Positions 51,677 through 61,741 of a DNA stretch of 64,000 bases are shown piece after piece. Numbering within the stretch: position 1 is the first letter of the stretch; the number at the start of each line of letters is the position of its first letter. A program made the position numbers and the translations under genes. The notes beneath the pieces were generated by a model, which was not told where the DNA came from, made no database searches, and worked only from the letters and a program-made list of their open reading frames with translations. This DNA is from Azolla caroliniana (Eukaryota > Plantae > Polypodiophyta): contig JBHGNT010000005.1 in NCBI GenBank assembly GCA_043228905.1, forward strand, positions 1,302,001-1,366,000, read 5' to 3'.

Positions 51677-53716
51677 ATGGAGGCTCAACAAGCTAACAAT
51701 ATGATGGCGATGTTCGAACGGATGCTTCAAGAACAACGCACGATGTCGGAGATTTCGGCATCAGTAGAGCGGCTCGTGCAACGCAACGGGCAATTTAATG
51801 GTAAGGATGTGTCGCAATATTTGCAGGACTACAAGGCGGAGATGCTCCGGTGCCGGGCTTCGGAAGGACTGCAAGTGACATCCTTTAACCGGGTGGCGAC
51901 CGACGGGCTTCAAGGGAGTATCCACGGGTTGCAACAACAAAATCCGACGTGGGAAGCATTCGAAGAGGCGTTAAAGACCACGTTTGCCATCGAGGACTCC
52001 TCCAAGGCAACGCGGAGGGGATTCGAGGATTGGGTGGAAACGTCAGGTAAGGGGCTGAAGGTCCTCGAAGTGTTTTCGACATTCGAAAGTCGGTTCGGGA
52101 GGTTGTCCGCGAGAGATCAAACTATTCTTGCACCGGACAAAGTCATCATGTTTTTGCGAGCTGTGGACGTCCGGGACCGGAAAGATCTCGGAGTGCTTCT
52201 TGAGGACACGACCACCGAAAGCGGCCTCACCGAAACATGGGAAAGCGTGCGGGATATCGTCGCGCGGTACACGAAGAGGGGGCAATGGCTTGCCAACGAA
52301 GAAAAGAGGGGTTCGGAACCGATTCCGAAACCGAGAACGGGACTGGAAGACCATCAACCGAGGGCTCGGGAGATTACGGCCGAGAAGGGAGTCGACGCGT
52401 CTACGGTGGAGCAGCTGATGAAGGAGATGGAGAATCTAAAGATCGCGATGGTGAAGAAGTCGGATGACCGCCCCACAAGCTCCAAATATACGGATCGACG
52501 GTGCATATGGTGCGATAGCGCCGAACACGATCGGAGGGATTGCGACGACCATAAGGAGGCGCTACGACGGGATCTCATCTACTACGAGGGAAACCGGATT
52601 CATTCGATGGACTCTCGGAAGCCACTCCGACCGAACTTCCGGAAAGGCGGCATGAAGAAGGTGCTCGAGGAGGAGTTAGTGGCAAGAAGCAACTATGCGA
52701 CAACCGCGGGAATATGTGTCGGGGAGTCATCGGGAGCGAAGGCGTCTTTCTGGCCGGAGGTGCTAGGAAACACCGAGAAAACCGACTCCAACGATATCCG
52801 AAACACCGCGGAAGGCGTCCGGGAAGCTACGGGATGGGAGTGCCCTGTCGACAAGAATAGCATATATGCCCTGTGTCAATTACATGAGGTGTATGTGGAC
52901 GAGAAACGACGGCGCACGGAGGATGCGGCCGGACCATCGAAGATACCGGAAAGCTGGAACTCCGGAGGTAAGGGAAAAGAAAAGGCGACTCCGGCATTCA
53001 AGCTCGCCTCGGACATAGAACAACAAACCGACTTGAAAAGAGTGTTCGAGGAAAGAATCTTGGATAGCCGGGTAGATTTTTCGCTGCGGGAACTACTCGG
53101 AATAGCGAAGAAGGAGTTTCACGATCTTCTCGTGGATCTCGTGAAAAGGAAGAGACAAAGTACGGAGGAAAATGCTCCAAGGGTGAATGCAAATACCGTT
53201 TCAATGAACGACACCGAAGTGGAAGGCGAAATTCCGAACTCCCACTATACAAGGCCACACTGGGCACGTGCGACTACGGAGACTCCGGTCCGAATCGGCA
53301 ACATCAAAGAACCCGTGCTAGCATTGATTGATCACGGATCGGAGATCAACTTGATGTCCAAGGAGTTCTACCGAAAGGGGAAGTGGCCTATAAACACCAA
53401 CCATGGATGGAAGATTCGGGCAGCCACGAAAACGACAGAAGACCTATTTGCGGCTTGTCCGGATGTGACGGTAAAGATCGGGGATGTCGAAATTGACCAA
53501 AATTTCTTTGTGCAGGATGAGGTTTCACATTCTGTCATCCTCGGCCAACCCTTTATCACGGCTTCACGGATGGAGACGAAGGTGCTCGATAGTGGTGCGG
53601 CTTTTGCGCGAATTCGGAGCCAAAACGGAGGGAAATCCGTCCAATTCCTAACGGTGCCGGCAAATCACGAAAGGAACAAGAGGGAACTCTTGTCCCAAGT
53701 GAGAATGGATTTTTAA
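51677..53716 (+). CDS. gag: Gypsy Gag-protease polyprotein (intact ORF)
   Basis: First in-frame ATG after the PBS is at 51677. CIWCDSAEHDRRDC (CCHC knuckle); ALIDHGSEINLM (aspartic protease motif) and VILGQPF; ends MDF*. Confidence 0.92.
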   Translation: MEAQQANNMMAMFERMLQEQRTMSEISASVERLVQRNGQFNGKDVSQYLQDYKAEMLRCRASEGLQVTSFNRVATDGLQGSIHGLQQQNPTWEAFEEALKTTFAIEDSSKATRRGFEDWVETSGKGLKVLEVFSTFESRFGRLSARDQTILAPDKVIMFLRAVDVRDRKDLGVLLEDTTTESGLTETWESVRDIVARYTKRGQWLANEEKRGSEPIPKPRTGLEDHQPRAREITAEKGVDASTVEQLMKEMENLKIAMVKKSDDRPTSSKYTDRRCIWCDSAEHDRRDCDDHKEALRRDLIYYEGNRIHSMDSRKPLRPNFRKGGMKKVLEEELVARSNYATTAGICVGESSGAKASFWPEVLGNTEKTDSNDIRNTAEGVREATGWECPVDKNSIYALCQLHEVYVDEKRRRTEDAAGPSKIPESWNSGGKGKEKATPAFKLASDIEQQTDLKRVFEERILDSRVDFSLRELLGIAKKEFHDLLVDLVKRKRQSTEENAPRVNANTVSMNDTEVEGEIPNSHYTRPHWARATTETPVRIGNIKEPVLALIDHGSEINLMSKEFYRKGKWPINTNHGWKIRAATKTTEDLFAACPDVTVKIGDVEIDQNFFVQDEVSHSVILGQPFITASRMETKVLDSGAAFARIRSQNGGKSVQFLTVPANHERNKRELLSQVRMDF

Positions 53717-53751
53717 AGCGGACTGTTGCGGAGTGGGGAAGTGATAGTCCG
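53707..53751 (+). promoter_or_regulatory. Putative -1 programmed ribosomal frameshift signal
   Basis: G GAT TTT heptamer directly before the gag-pro TAA, a 5-nt spacer, then an 11-bp stem CGGACTGTTGC/GTGATAGTCCG. The -1 frame is open into pol. Confidence 0.75.
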
Positions 53752-56700
53752 AGAAGCCCTGATACCCTACACAGGAAGAAAAGTCTCGGAGCAAAACAAG
53801 TACGAATCGGCCCGAATGGGGCATCTACGTACACGGCCGTAACCGGAGGAATGAAGAAACAATACCGACAAGTGGAGGATAAGTTACGGTCGGCATCAAT
53901 AATAAAAGAAGACGAAGAAATCGTGGGAGTGATCGAGGAAGTGTTCTATGGGAATACACTACAACGGCTTGAAGAGCTTGCGGAAGATAAAAGCCAAGGG
54001 AACCGGGTAGTCCCGGTGGAATCGGTCGAGATGTACGAGATCGTTGCGAAAATGGGGCCGGATGCGCTCCGCAAAGAAGAAGCAATGGTAAGTACGAAAT
54101 ACAAGACCGTGGAGAAGAAGGTGAAACCGGCCGCGGGACCACTACCCGCCGATAGCGAACAAAAGAAGAAAGAAGTCTCGGGAGATCCGACACTTCGGAA
54201 GTCCGTGGATATCGGACATGCCTTCACAGATGAGACCCGGAAGAAACTTCGGATCGGTGGAGGTGGGTTCCTCTTACAAGAAGAAGAAAAACGGTTTCGA
54301 GAGATGTTGGAGCAACACGGCAAAGCATTCGCGTTCACATCGAGGGAGATCGGATGCATTGATCCAAAGATAGTGGAGCCGATGGTGATTTTCACGATTG
54401 ATCATGTACCGTGGAACCTGAAGCCGATTCCGGTGCCACGGGCGCATATTCCGAAAGTCATCGACTTACTCAAGGAGAAGGTGGCGATGGGGATTCTAGA
54501 GCCATCGAGTGCTCCGTACTCAAATCGATGGTTTACGGTTCCGAAGAAGAATGGGTCACTCCGATTCATCCAAGACTTGCAACCGGTGAACAAGGTCACG
54601 ATCCGGAACTCGGGAGTCGGTCCGATAGTGGACGAATTCGCGGAAGCTTTTGCCGGACGTGCGATATACTCCATCGGGGACCTATACTCGGGGTATGACC
54701 AATTCCAACTAGCCGTGGAGAGCCGAGACATCACTACCATGCGGACACCGATAGGACTAGTTCGAATGTGCACACTACCACAAGGAGCGACAAACTCGGT
54801 TGCACATATGATGAACGCGATGAACAAGGTGCTTTGAGATTGCATCCCGGAGATAACGATGCCGTTTCTAGATGACATTCCGATGAAAGGATGCGCGGTG
54901 GAAGAAAAAGATGAGACTATGGATGATCGGGGATGCCGAAAGTTCGTGGTCGACCATATTCATGATTGCGAGAAAGTGTTGCGAAAGCTAGAAGATGTGC
55001 ACCTAACACTTTCCGGGGAGAAATCGGCATTCGGGCAAGAAGAAATATTGGTGGTCGGACATCTATGTGGACCCTACGGCCGAAGACCGTCACCAACAAA
55101 GATCGATGCGATTCAAGCTATGAAGGAAGTATGTGAGTCAACATCGGAAGTCTGAAGGTTTCTGGGTGCGGGTGCATTCTATCACATATGGATTCCGCAC
55201 TATGCACATATAGCGGACCCGCTCTATCACTTGTTGCGGAAAGGTAAGAAATTCGAGTGGAAACCGGAACACACTAAAGCCATGAGGAAGCTCAAGAAGA
55301 CACTATGGAGGGCAGAATCACTTAAGAAGCCAAGCTACGAGCGGCCAATCATAGTAACGGTTGATACAAGTCCAACCGGTATCGGGTGGGTCATCAATCA
55401 AGCCGACTCGGATGGTTCGCGGTATCCGATCCGATTTGGAGCAAAGGTCCTCAACGAAAGGCAACGCGGATATGCACAAGTCAAAAGAGAATTGTGGGGA
55501 GTCGTGTCGGCGATAAAATCGGATCGGGATTATTTGATCGGAGCTGAAGTGGTGATCGAGACGGATTGTCTTCCGATACTCGGGATGATGCGGTGTTGTA
55601 CGATACCGGATGTGGCTATGATAAGGTGGATTGCATATGTCAAGTCACTTAATCCGGAGGTTCGACACATCTCGGGGAAGGACAACGCGGTAGCGGACAT
55701 GTTATTGAGGGCGCGATTTGAAGACGACATAACCGAATCAGATAATGAAGAAGTTTCCGAAGACTACTTCACGTTAGAACACATATGCCGAGTGAACGTG
55801 ATCCGAGAATTCCGGGAAGAAGAATACGAGGGGGAAACCTTGATGATCGGGAAGATGCTACAAGAGGTCGAGGATTCAACCAATGATAAAGAAAGGAGAG
55901 CCGAGATCCGAAGGAAGAAGAGGCAAGTCCAAAAGTTCTTCTTGGAAAACGGTTTAATATGGAGGACGCCGAAAAGACCGGATGGGATACCACTTCGAGT
56001 AGTCGGGACGAAAGAGCAACGAAACCGGATAATGTCCGAGTTCCACGAATCCGATTGGGCTGGACATCGAGGAACATGGGCAACTTTTGTGAAAATCAAG
56101 CAAAGATATTGGTGGAAGAACATGTATAAAGATGTCGCGGAGTTCACAGAAAGCTGCGAGAAATGTCAAGTCTACTCCGGGGTCCGACACCGAGATGAGC
56201 TGCATCCGACATTCTCACCGACAATCAACTTCAAGTGGATGGTCGACATTGTAGCTATGCCGACCGGGATTGGACAAAAGAAATACTTGGTGTTAGCTCG
56301 AGAAGATCTCACAAACCAAGTTGAAGGTCGGGCGCTTCGGAGGAAAACGTGTGCCGCGGTGTGCCAATTTCTTTTGGAAGAAGTGTTTTGTAGGTACGGC
56401 TGCGTAGGACAAGTGATTGCGGACCGGGGAGAACTCGACTCGGACAAAGCTAGGGGATTCTTCGCCAAACATGGAGTTCGGTTAACGTTGACAACGGCCT
56501 ACAATCCGGAGGCCAATGGGAAGATCGAACGAGGACATAGTCTGATCGTGAAAGCACTTGCGAAGGCATGCGACGGAAGGGTGAAGGATTGGCCACAAAT
56601 GCTTCCGTATGCACTATGGGCGGATCGGACGACGCATAGCTCCGTGACCGGTTACATGCCGGCAGAACTCATGACCGGACAAGCACCGGTAATGCCAACG

Positions 56701-57318
56701 GAAACCGCAATCGCGACATGGACAATACTACCGTGGAAGGAAGAGATGAGCCGGGAAGAACTACTAGCGGTCCGGATACGACAACTGGAGGGAAGACCGA
56801 AAGATGTAGCGGAAGCGTCACGCCGACAACAAGAAGCACGGTTCCGGAACAAAAGCCGGTTCGACACAAAGCACCGACTACGACCGAGGAGGATTGAAGA
56901 AGGAGATTGGGTGATCGTCTATGATAGTAGCTTGGACCATCAACATACAACGATGCGGAAATTCGCGAAAAGGTGGTTCGGGCCGTACGAGGTTCGGAAG
57001 GTCTTCGACAACGGGACGTACCGACTGTCCGAGTTGGATGGAACAATACTACGAGTGCCTATAGCCGGGAAGCGGGTGAAGATTTTCAAGAAGCGGACCG
57101 ACGACAAACCTTATGTGATCCAAGTCGAGGCCGACAACGAGGAGCAATCGGACGAAGACCACAATGATGCGGGAAGCGAAGAAAGTGGATTACAACTCAT
57201 AGTCGACATAAGGGGAGAATCGAAGGAAGCTTCGGATGAAGACGGATACGAAGAATCAAGAACTTCGGCACATACCGGAGGATGTGCGGGTTTGGAGGGG
57301 GCGAGTGTCGTAGTGTAG
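53713..57318 (+). pseudogene. pol: Gypsy pol (RT-RNase H-integrase) in the -1 frame, with two in-frame TGA stops
   Basis: ORFs 53851, 54859 and 55231 share one frame, broken by TGA at 54835 and 55153. Motifs: LRFIQDLQPVN, DLYSGYDQF, LPQGATNS, FLDD (RT); VDTS, KRELWG, ETDC, DNAVADML (RH); FHE...GHRG...CEKC, VDIV, ADRG, EANGKIERG (INT); WFGPY. Confidence 0.92.
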
Positions 57319-58219
57319 GTTGCACACTATGTGGAAATTATATTTTTGTCCCTCCGGATAGAGAATGGAGTGCTCGGTGAGAACAGGAAGAAAACGGCAT
57401 ACCGGCAAGGGGGAAAAACGGCATACCGGCAAGGAGGAAAAACGGCATACCGGCAAGGAAGAAAACGGCATACCGGCAAGGAAGAGCCGGATAAAGAGAC
57501 ATAAATGTAAAAAGAAAGGAAATACTCACTACTGCGCAGGGCGTGATTCAAACTCTGCACCTCCACGTTGACAAACCCCAACCTTACCATTACATTAACT
57601 TATCTTAAGTGCTTTAAATATAGATTTAATACGCATAAGACCTTTATTTATGCATACCTTTATTAAAAGGTAAATCGTGTATTTTTTAATATATGAAAAA
57701 GACGAGACACTAAAAATAACTCATGCACATCTAGCGTGCATGAGCCCTATACTTAGGAAATAAAAAAGCATCACATGCACATTTAGTGGACATGAACACT
57801 TTTTGTAAAAAAAAAAAGCATGAAGCCATGCTTAGCTCTTCCTTCCTTATATAAGGAGGAGAGAAATATGTAAAGGGTTGTTGATTATTTGGATTAAGTA
57901 TTAATCAATACAAAATTTATTCGTGGGATTCACGATTTATACATCTACTTCTCTCTTAACACCCTAAGTACCAATTAATATAGTATACTCGTGAAATACA
58001 AAATTTATTCGTGGGATTCACGATTTATACATCTACTTCTCTCTTAACACCCTAAGTACCAATTAATATAGTATACTCGTGTGATTCACGAGTTTCTTAT
58101 CTTTCTCTTTGCTATTTACTCATAATTAATCTCTATCTCACGAACTTCTCTCTCCTAGTCCAAGACCTCTGTGGTTCCCACCCGACTCACGCAACGATCC
58201 GGAGCCGAAAGGCACGACA
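57306..58219 (+). repeat. 3' LTR, 914 bp
   Basis: Copy of the 5' LTR with one extra 24-bp repeat unit and about 2 substitutions that I could spot. Confidence 0.97.
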
Positions 58220-60437
58220 ACGTTCTTTTGAGCTTCAAAATCAAGAGATTGATTGGAGAAAGCAAGAAATTATGGAATCCCCCCAAAAACTCTTTTGACT
58301 TACATGTTGTTCCAAGCTCAAGTGTAGAGTGTCATTGAATCTCAAAAAAGGCTATGCAAAGAGGGACAAAAAGAAGAAATGTTTGTATTATAGCCGATAA
58401 CAATGACATCCCCCGGTTCACAAAAGTTGAAACTTACTCCAATCAAGTATCAAGAATTTACAAATGTTTTTTATAAGAACAAGGCTCATTCGCTTCTTAG
58501 AACATTGATACTAAGATTATCCCATTGATCTTCAACTAGGGGAAGACCCATTGTGCCAGGGAATAGTTTATAACCATCTTTATACACATCAATCTTCGTT
58601 ACTAAGGAGAAAGAGACACGCATGCTTTGCCTCATCAAAATGGTGTTGGAAATATTGAGAATCGATTATATAGGTATATAGACTTACAACCACAAAGATG
58701 GATATATGAAAACAAAACTTCTATTACATATGAGAGTAGCTCACAATGGTAGTTCACCCATGCGCTCACACCTTAGAGCTTAGATGGGATCTGGATCAAC
58801 TCACTACAAAATTAGTGGGGATTGGTGATCAATACACCACTCTGTAAGAGAATGGATTATATTCTCTGTTTGGTCTGAGTGTAACATTAAATGTGCATGT
58901 CAGTTGATAGTAGTGGAGATATTCCTTTTTTGTCAATTGACATGTCATTTAATATGACCCAACTCCCTAGATACATGCTAGTGCTAGGTAGTACTTATCT
59001 TGAAGTCAATGGCACATACTTCAAGACTAAGTACATTGTAACTTGCCCACAAAATATTCTAGTTGACTTGATTGGCCAATCCTATTACCTATTTCGCTCT
59101 TTCCTAAATCCATTGTGTCCTACGCATCTACGGTTTCCTAGATTAACAACTTATCGACCCATATGGTCGAGTTGCACACTAGCCGCTCCTCATTTGGGGC
59201 GCTATCACAAAATGTGCACTCTAAGAGCACATATGGGGATAGATTTACAACTTGGGGCTAATCATTGATTATATCTAACAAATGGGCATGCCTTTGCCTC
59301 TAATTTTAACTCATTTGGAACACTTGAATGGAGCCAAATACTTCACAAAGCTAGATTTTTGAGATGCTTATAATCTAGTTTGGATTCATCTAGAGGTGAG
59401 TGGAAGAGAAAGAACATTTCACACTCAATATGAACATTTTGAGTATATGGTTAGGCTTATCGGTCTCAGGAATGCACCAATGCTTTTTGAACATATGAAT
59501 GAGGCATTTGAAAGCTTAAAGCATTCATTTACATTTGCCCCTATTTTGATCCATGATAGCCCAATCAAACCCTTTATCATACGAGTTGAGGCACTTGATT
59601 TTGTACTTGGAAGTGTCTTCTTACAAACCAATGGCAATGGGTAATTGCATCTAGTTGCCTTCTATTCATGGAGATTTGAAGTTGTGGGAATCAATTAGGA
59701 TGATGATGACAATGCTTCCACATTATACTTAACAATATCTTGGATTGGTTACGGGGGGTTATAAGAAATGAGAAACAACACTTCATCTCTTTATTCCCTT
59801 CTACCCTAATTTTTGAAAAACTAAGAGAGAAACCTTAAGTTTTCACATACCCTCCCCATTTCCGTTTTTTTTTTAAATGACAAGATTATCTGTAGGTTTG
59901 AATGCCTCAAAATTGTTGCTATTTATGAGAACCCCCCTGGGTTTTCAAGTACTCCTCCCTTTGTTGTTTTATCCGTCGAAAGGATCGAAAACGGAAGTTT
60001 GTTTGGCACTTTTAGCAACCTGGCAAACATCGTAAGGGTAAATAAATATGATTTGTATGCCAACACACACACATGAAACGTTAAGCTAATTATGAGACTA
60101 CTTCTCCTAATTTTTGGAGTACTCATGCCCATGTTGTTTTAAAAAAATGATCGGAATACCCCTATGTACGGGGCTAGAGTGTGTCATACACAAACGAGAG
60201 GGAGTACCAACGGCAAACGGATGAAGGGCTAAAATTGTCTTCGAAGTGTTTGGGGAGGGGGGGGGGTAATTTTTGTAATTATGCAAAGCTTGGTGCCAGG
60301 AAGAGGGCATTTTTGGAAGATTGAAGGAAGCTTCCGCATTCAGGCGTATATTTGCTACTTTTCATATCGTCTTCATTCTTTCTCCACAATTGCATTGACT
60401 TATCTTGCATCCATCTATTTCTGTTGCGCCTATTCTC

Positions 60438-61741
60438 ATGAACCAAATCCTCTCAAGGCTGCGGAAATTCTTCTGCAGAGGTAATTACGATTATTCTTCG
60501 TTCTTTCATATGATGATTTTTAGTTGTTAATCAGGTGTTTCGCTGTTTCATTTTAAATCCGCGCATCTTAGTGGCGGAAATAAGGATTAGATTCGTTGCC
60601 TCCTTTTCTAGTCAGGGTATGTAAAGTTGATTAATGCCGATCTATGCACATCCATGGATAACTTCCTTCCATTCGTCCATCCGAACAGACATGACATCCA
60701 TTTACATCTATGGCATGCCCACATCTACCACTCATGCGGGCACACGCACGCATTTGCATTTGCACTTGCATGTATCCAGGGTTCGCCCACATATGCATAC
60801 ACACAAATGGTCCATACAATATCTGCACTAGGAACAGGTAATACAACAAACATACATAGATATACACACATACAAATACATTTGCAGAAATATACACACA
60901 CCCCTACACACCTAAAAACATGCACACATATGTACACATACACATGTACTTACATAGATGGATGCATGCAGGCATCCATCCATCCATCCATCCATCCATA
61001 CATGCATACATACATATGTACATTTTCAGTGCTTATGTATATGTATCATTCTTTCATGTACATGCTTGGAGTATATAAGCTTTTGGACTGCAAGTATAGG
61101 GATCTGCTTTCATTTTTTTAATGTCTTTATTGACATATCCATTTTTCTGCTTACATGGTAGGTATATAGGTTGTGGCATATATGTTGTATATGCTTCATA
61201 ATGGATTAGATGCATCAATTTGGTTCCTTGCCCCCGAATTAATAATGAATATATTATATGGATAGATCTTAATGGACTACATGAAAAGTAGACTTGAAAT
61301 TGCAGGACCATTCTTCTTAGTTTATTGAATTTGAGTAAATTTTTATGGCAAAAATGAACGATAGGAGATGAGAAGGATGATAAGGAGGTGAAGGAAGTAC
61401 ATGATATGAGTAATGATGAAGGATTTGTGAAGGCCAAGACAATGAGCTTAACATCCCGAACTACAGTATTGGTTAATGACACAAACAAGACCCTCCATTT
61501 GAGAGATAAGGTGGGCCCTGCATATGGTGGGACCCGGTACACAATTCCTGCAAATAAACAGATAGAGGTTTCTCCATTGCAGCACACATTCTTCAAAATG
61601 ATAGCATATGCCGTTGAGGAGCAAGAGAACTCGAGTATCGATACCAGGCTCACCATTGATAGTGATCAACTCGCTGACAACAAGAAAATTTCTATCACAT
61701 ACACTGGATCAGCCTATAAGATTCAACCGACTCCTCGTTAG
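60438..61741 (+). CDS. Small uncharacterised protein, about 139 aa, 2 exons; resembles a bryophyte/fern family (DUF7748-like, tentative)
   Basis: Exon 1 at 60438-60480 (MNQILSRLRKFFCR, phase-1 donor gag|gtaatt) joins acceptor atag|ga at 61365 in phase. Exon 2 is open to TAG at 61741: TTVLVNDTNKTLHLRDK...LTIDSDQLADNKKISI...YKIQPTPR. Exon 1 and the family name are less certain than exon 2. Confidence 0.7.

Larger units (their letters stand above)
50749..58219 (+). mobile_element. Full-length, young Ty3/gypsy LTR retrotransposon (no chromodomain seen), 4-bp TSD ACGT
   Basis: Nearly identical LTRs 50749-51638 and 57306-58219 (TGTCG...CGACA). PBS 51643-51660; PPT ggagggggcgag 57294-57305; acgt at 50745-50748 and 58220-58223. 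Domain order gag-PR-RT-RH-INT. Confidence 0.97.
49870..59700 (+). mobile_element. Old decayed Ty3/gypsy relic interrupted by the young gypsy element
   Basis: Weak protease-like remnant at 50560-50748 before the insertion. After it, TFHTQYEHFEYMV..GLRNAP (RT) and EAFESLKHSFTFAPIL..PFII.VEALDFVLGSVFLQ (RT-RNase H link) at 59396-59670. Boundaries are approximate. Confidence 0.65.

Noticed and set aside
51885-57167. Numerous overlapping and antisense ORFs within the gypsy element
   Set aside because: Expected shadow ORFs of GC-rich coding sequence; no motifs.
59820-60285. Possible Mutator-like MITE upstream of the small gene
   Set aside because: Only weak inverted similarity between the ends and no convincing 9-bp TSD.
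60627-61121. 164-aa His/Thr/Tyr-rich ORF and its antisense partners
   Set aside because: A product of CA/CATA/CATC microsatellite mosaic inside the predicted intron.
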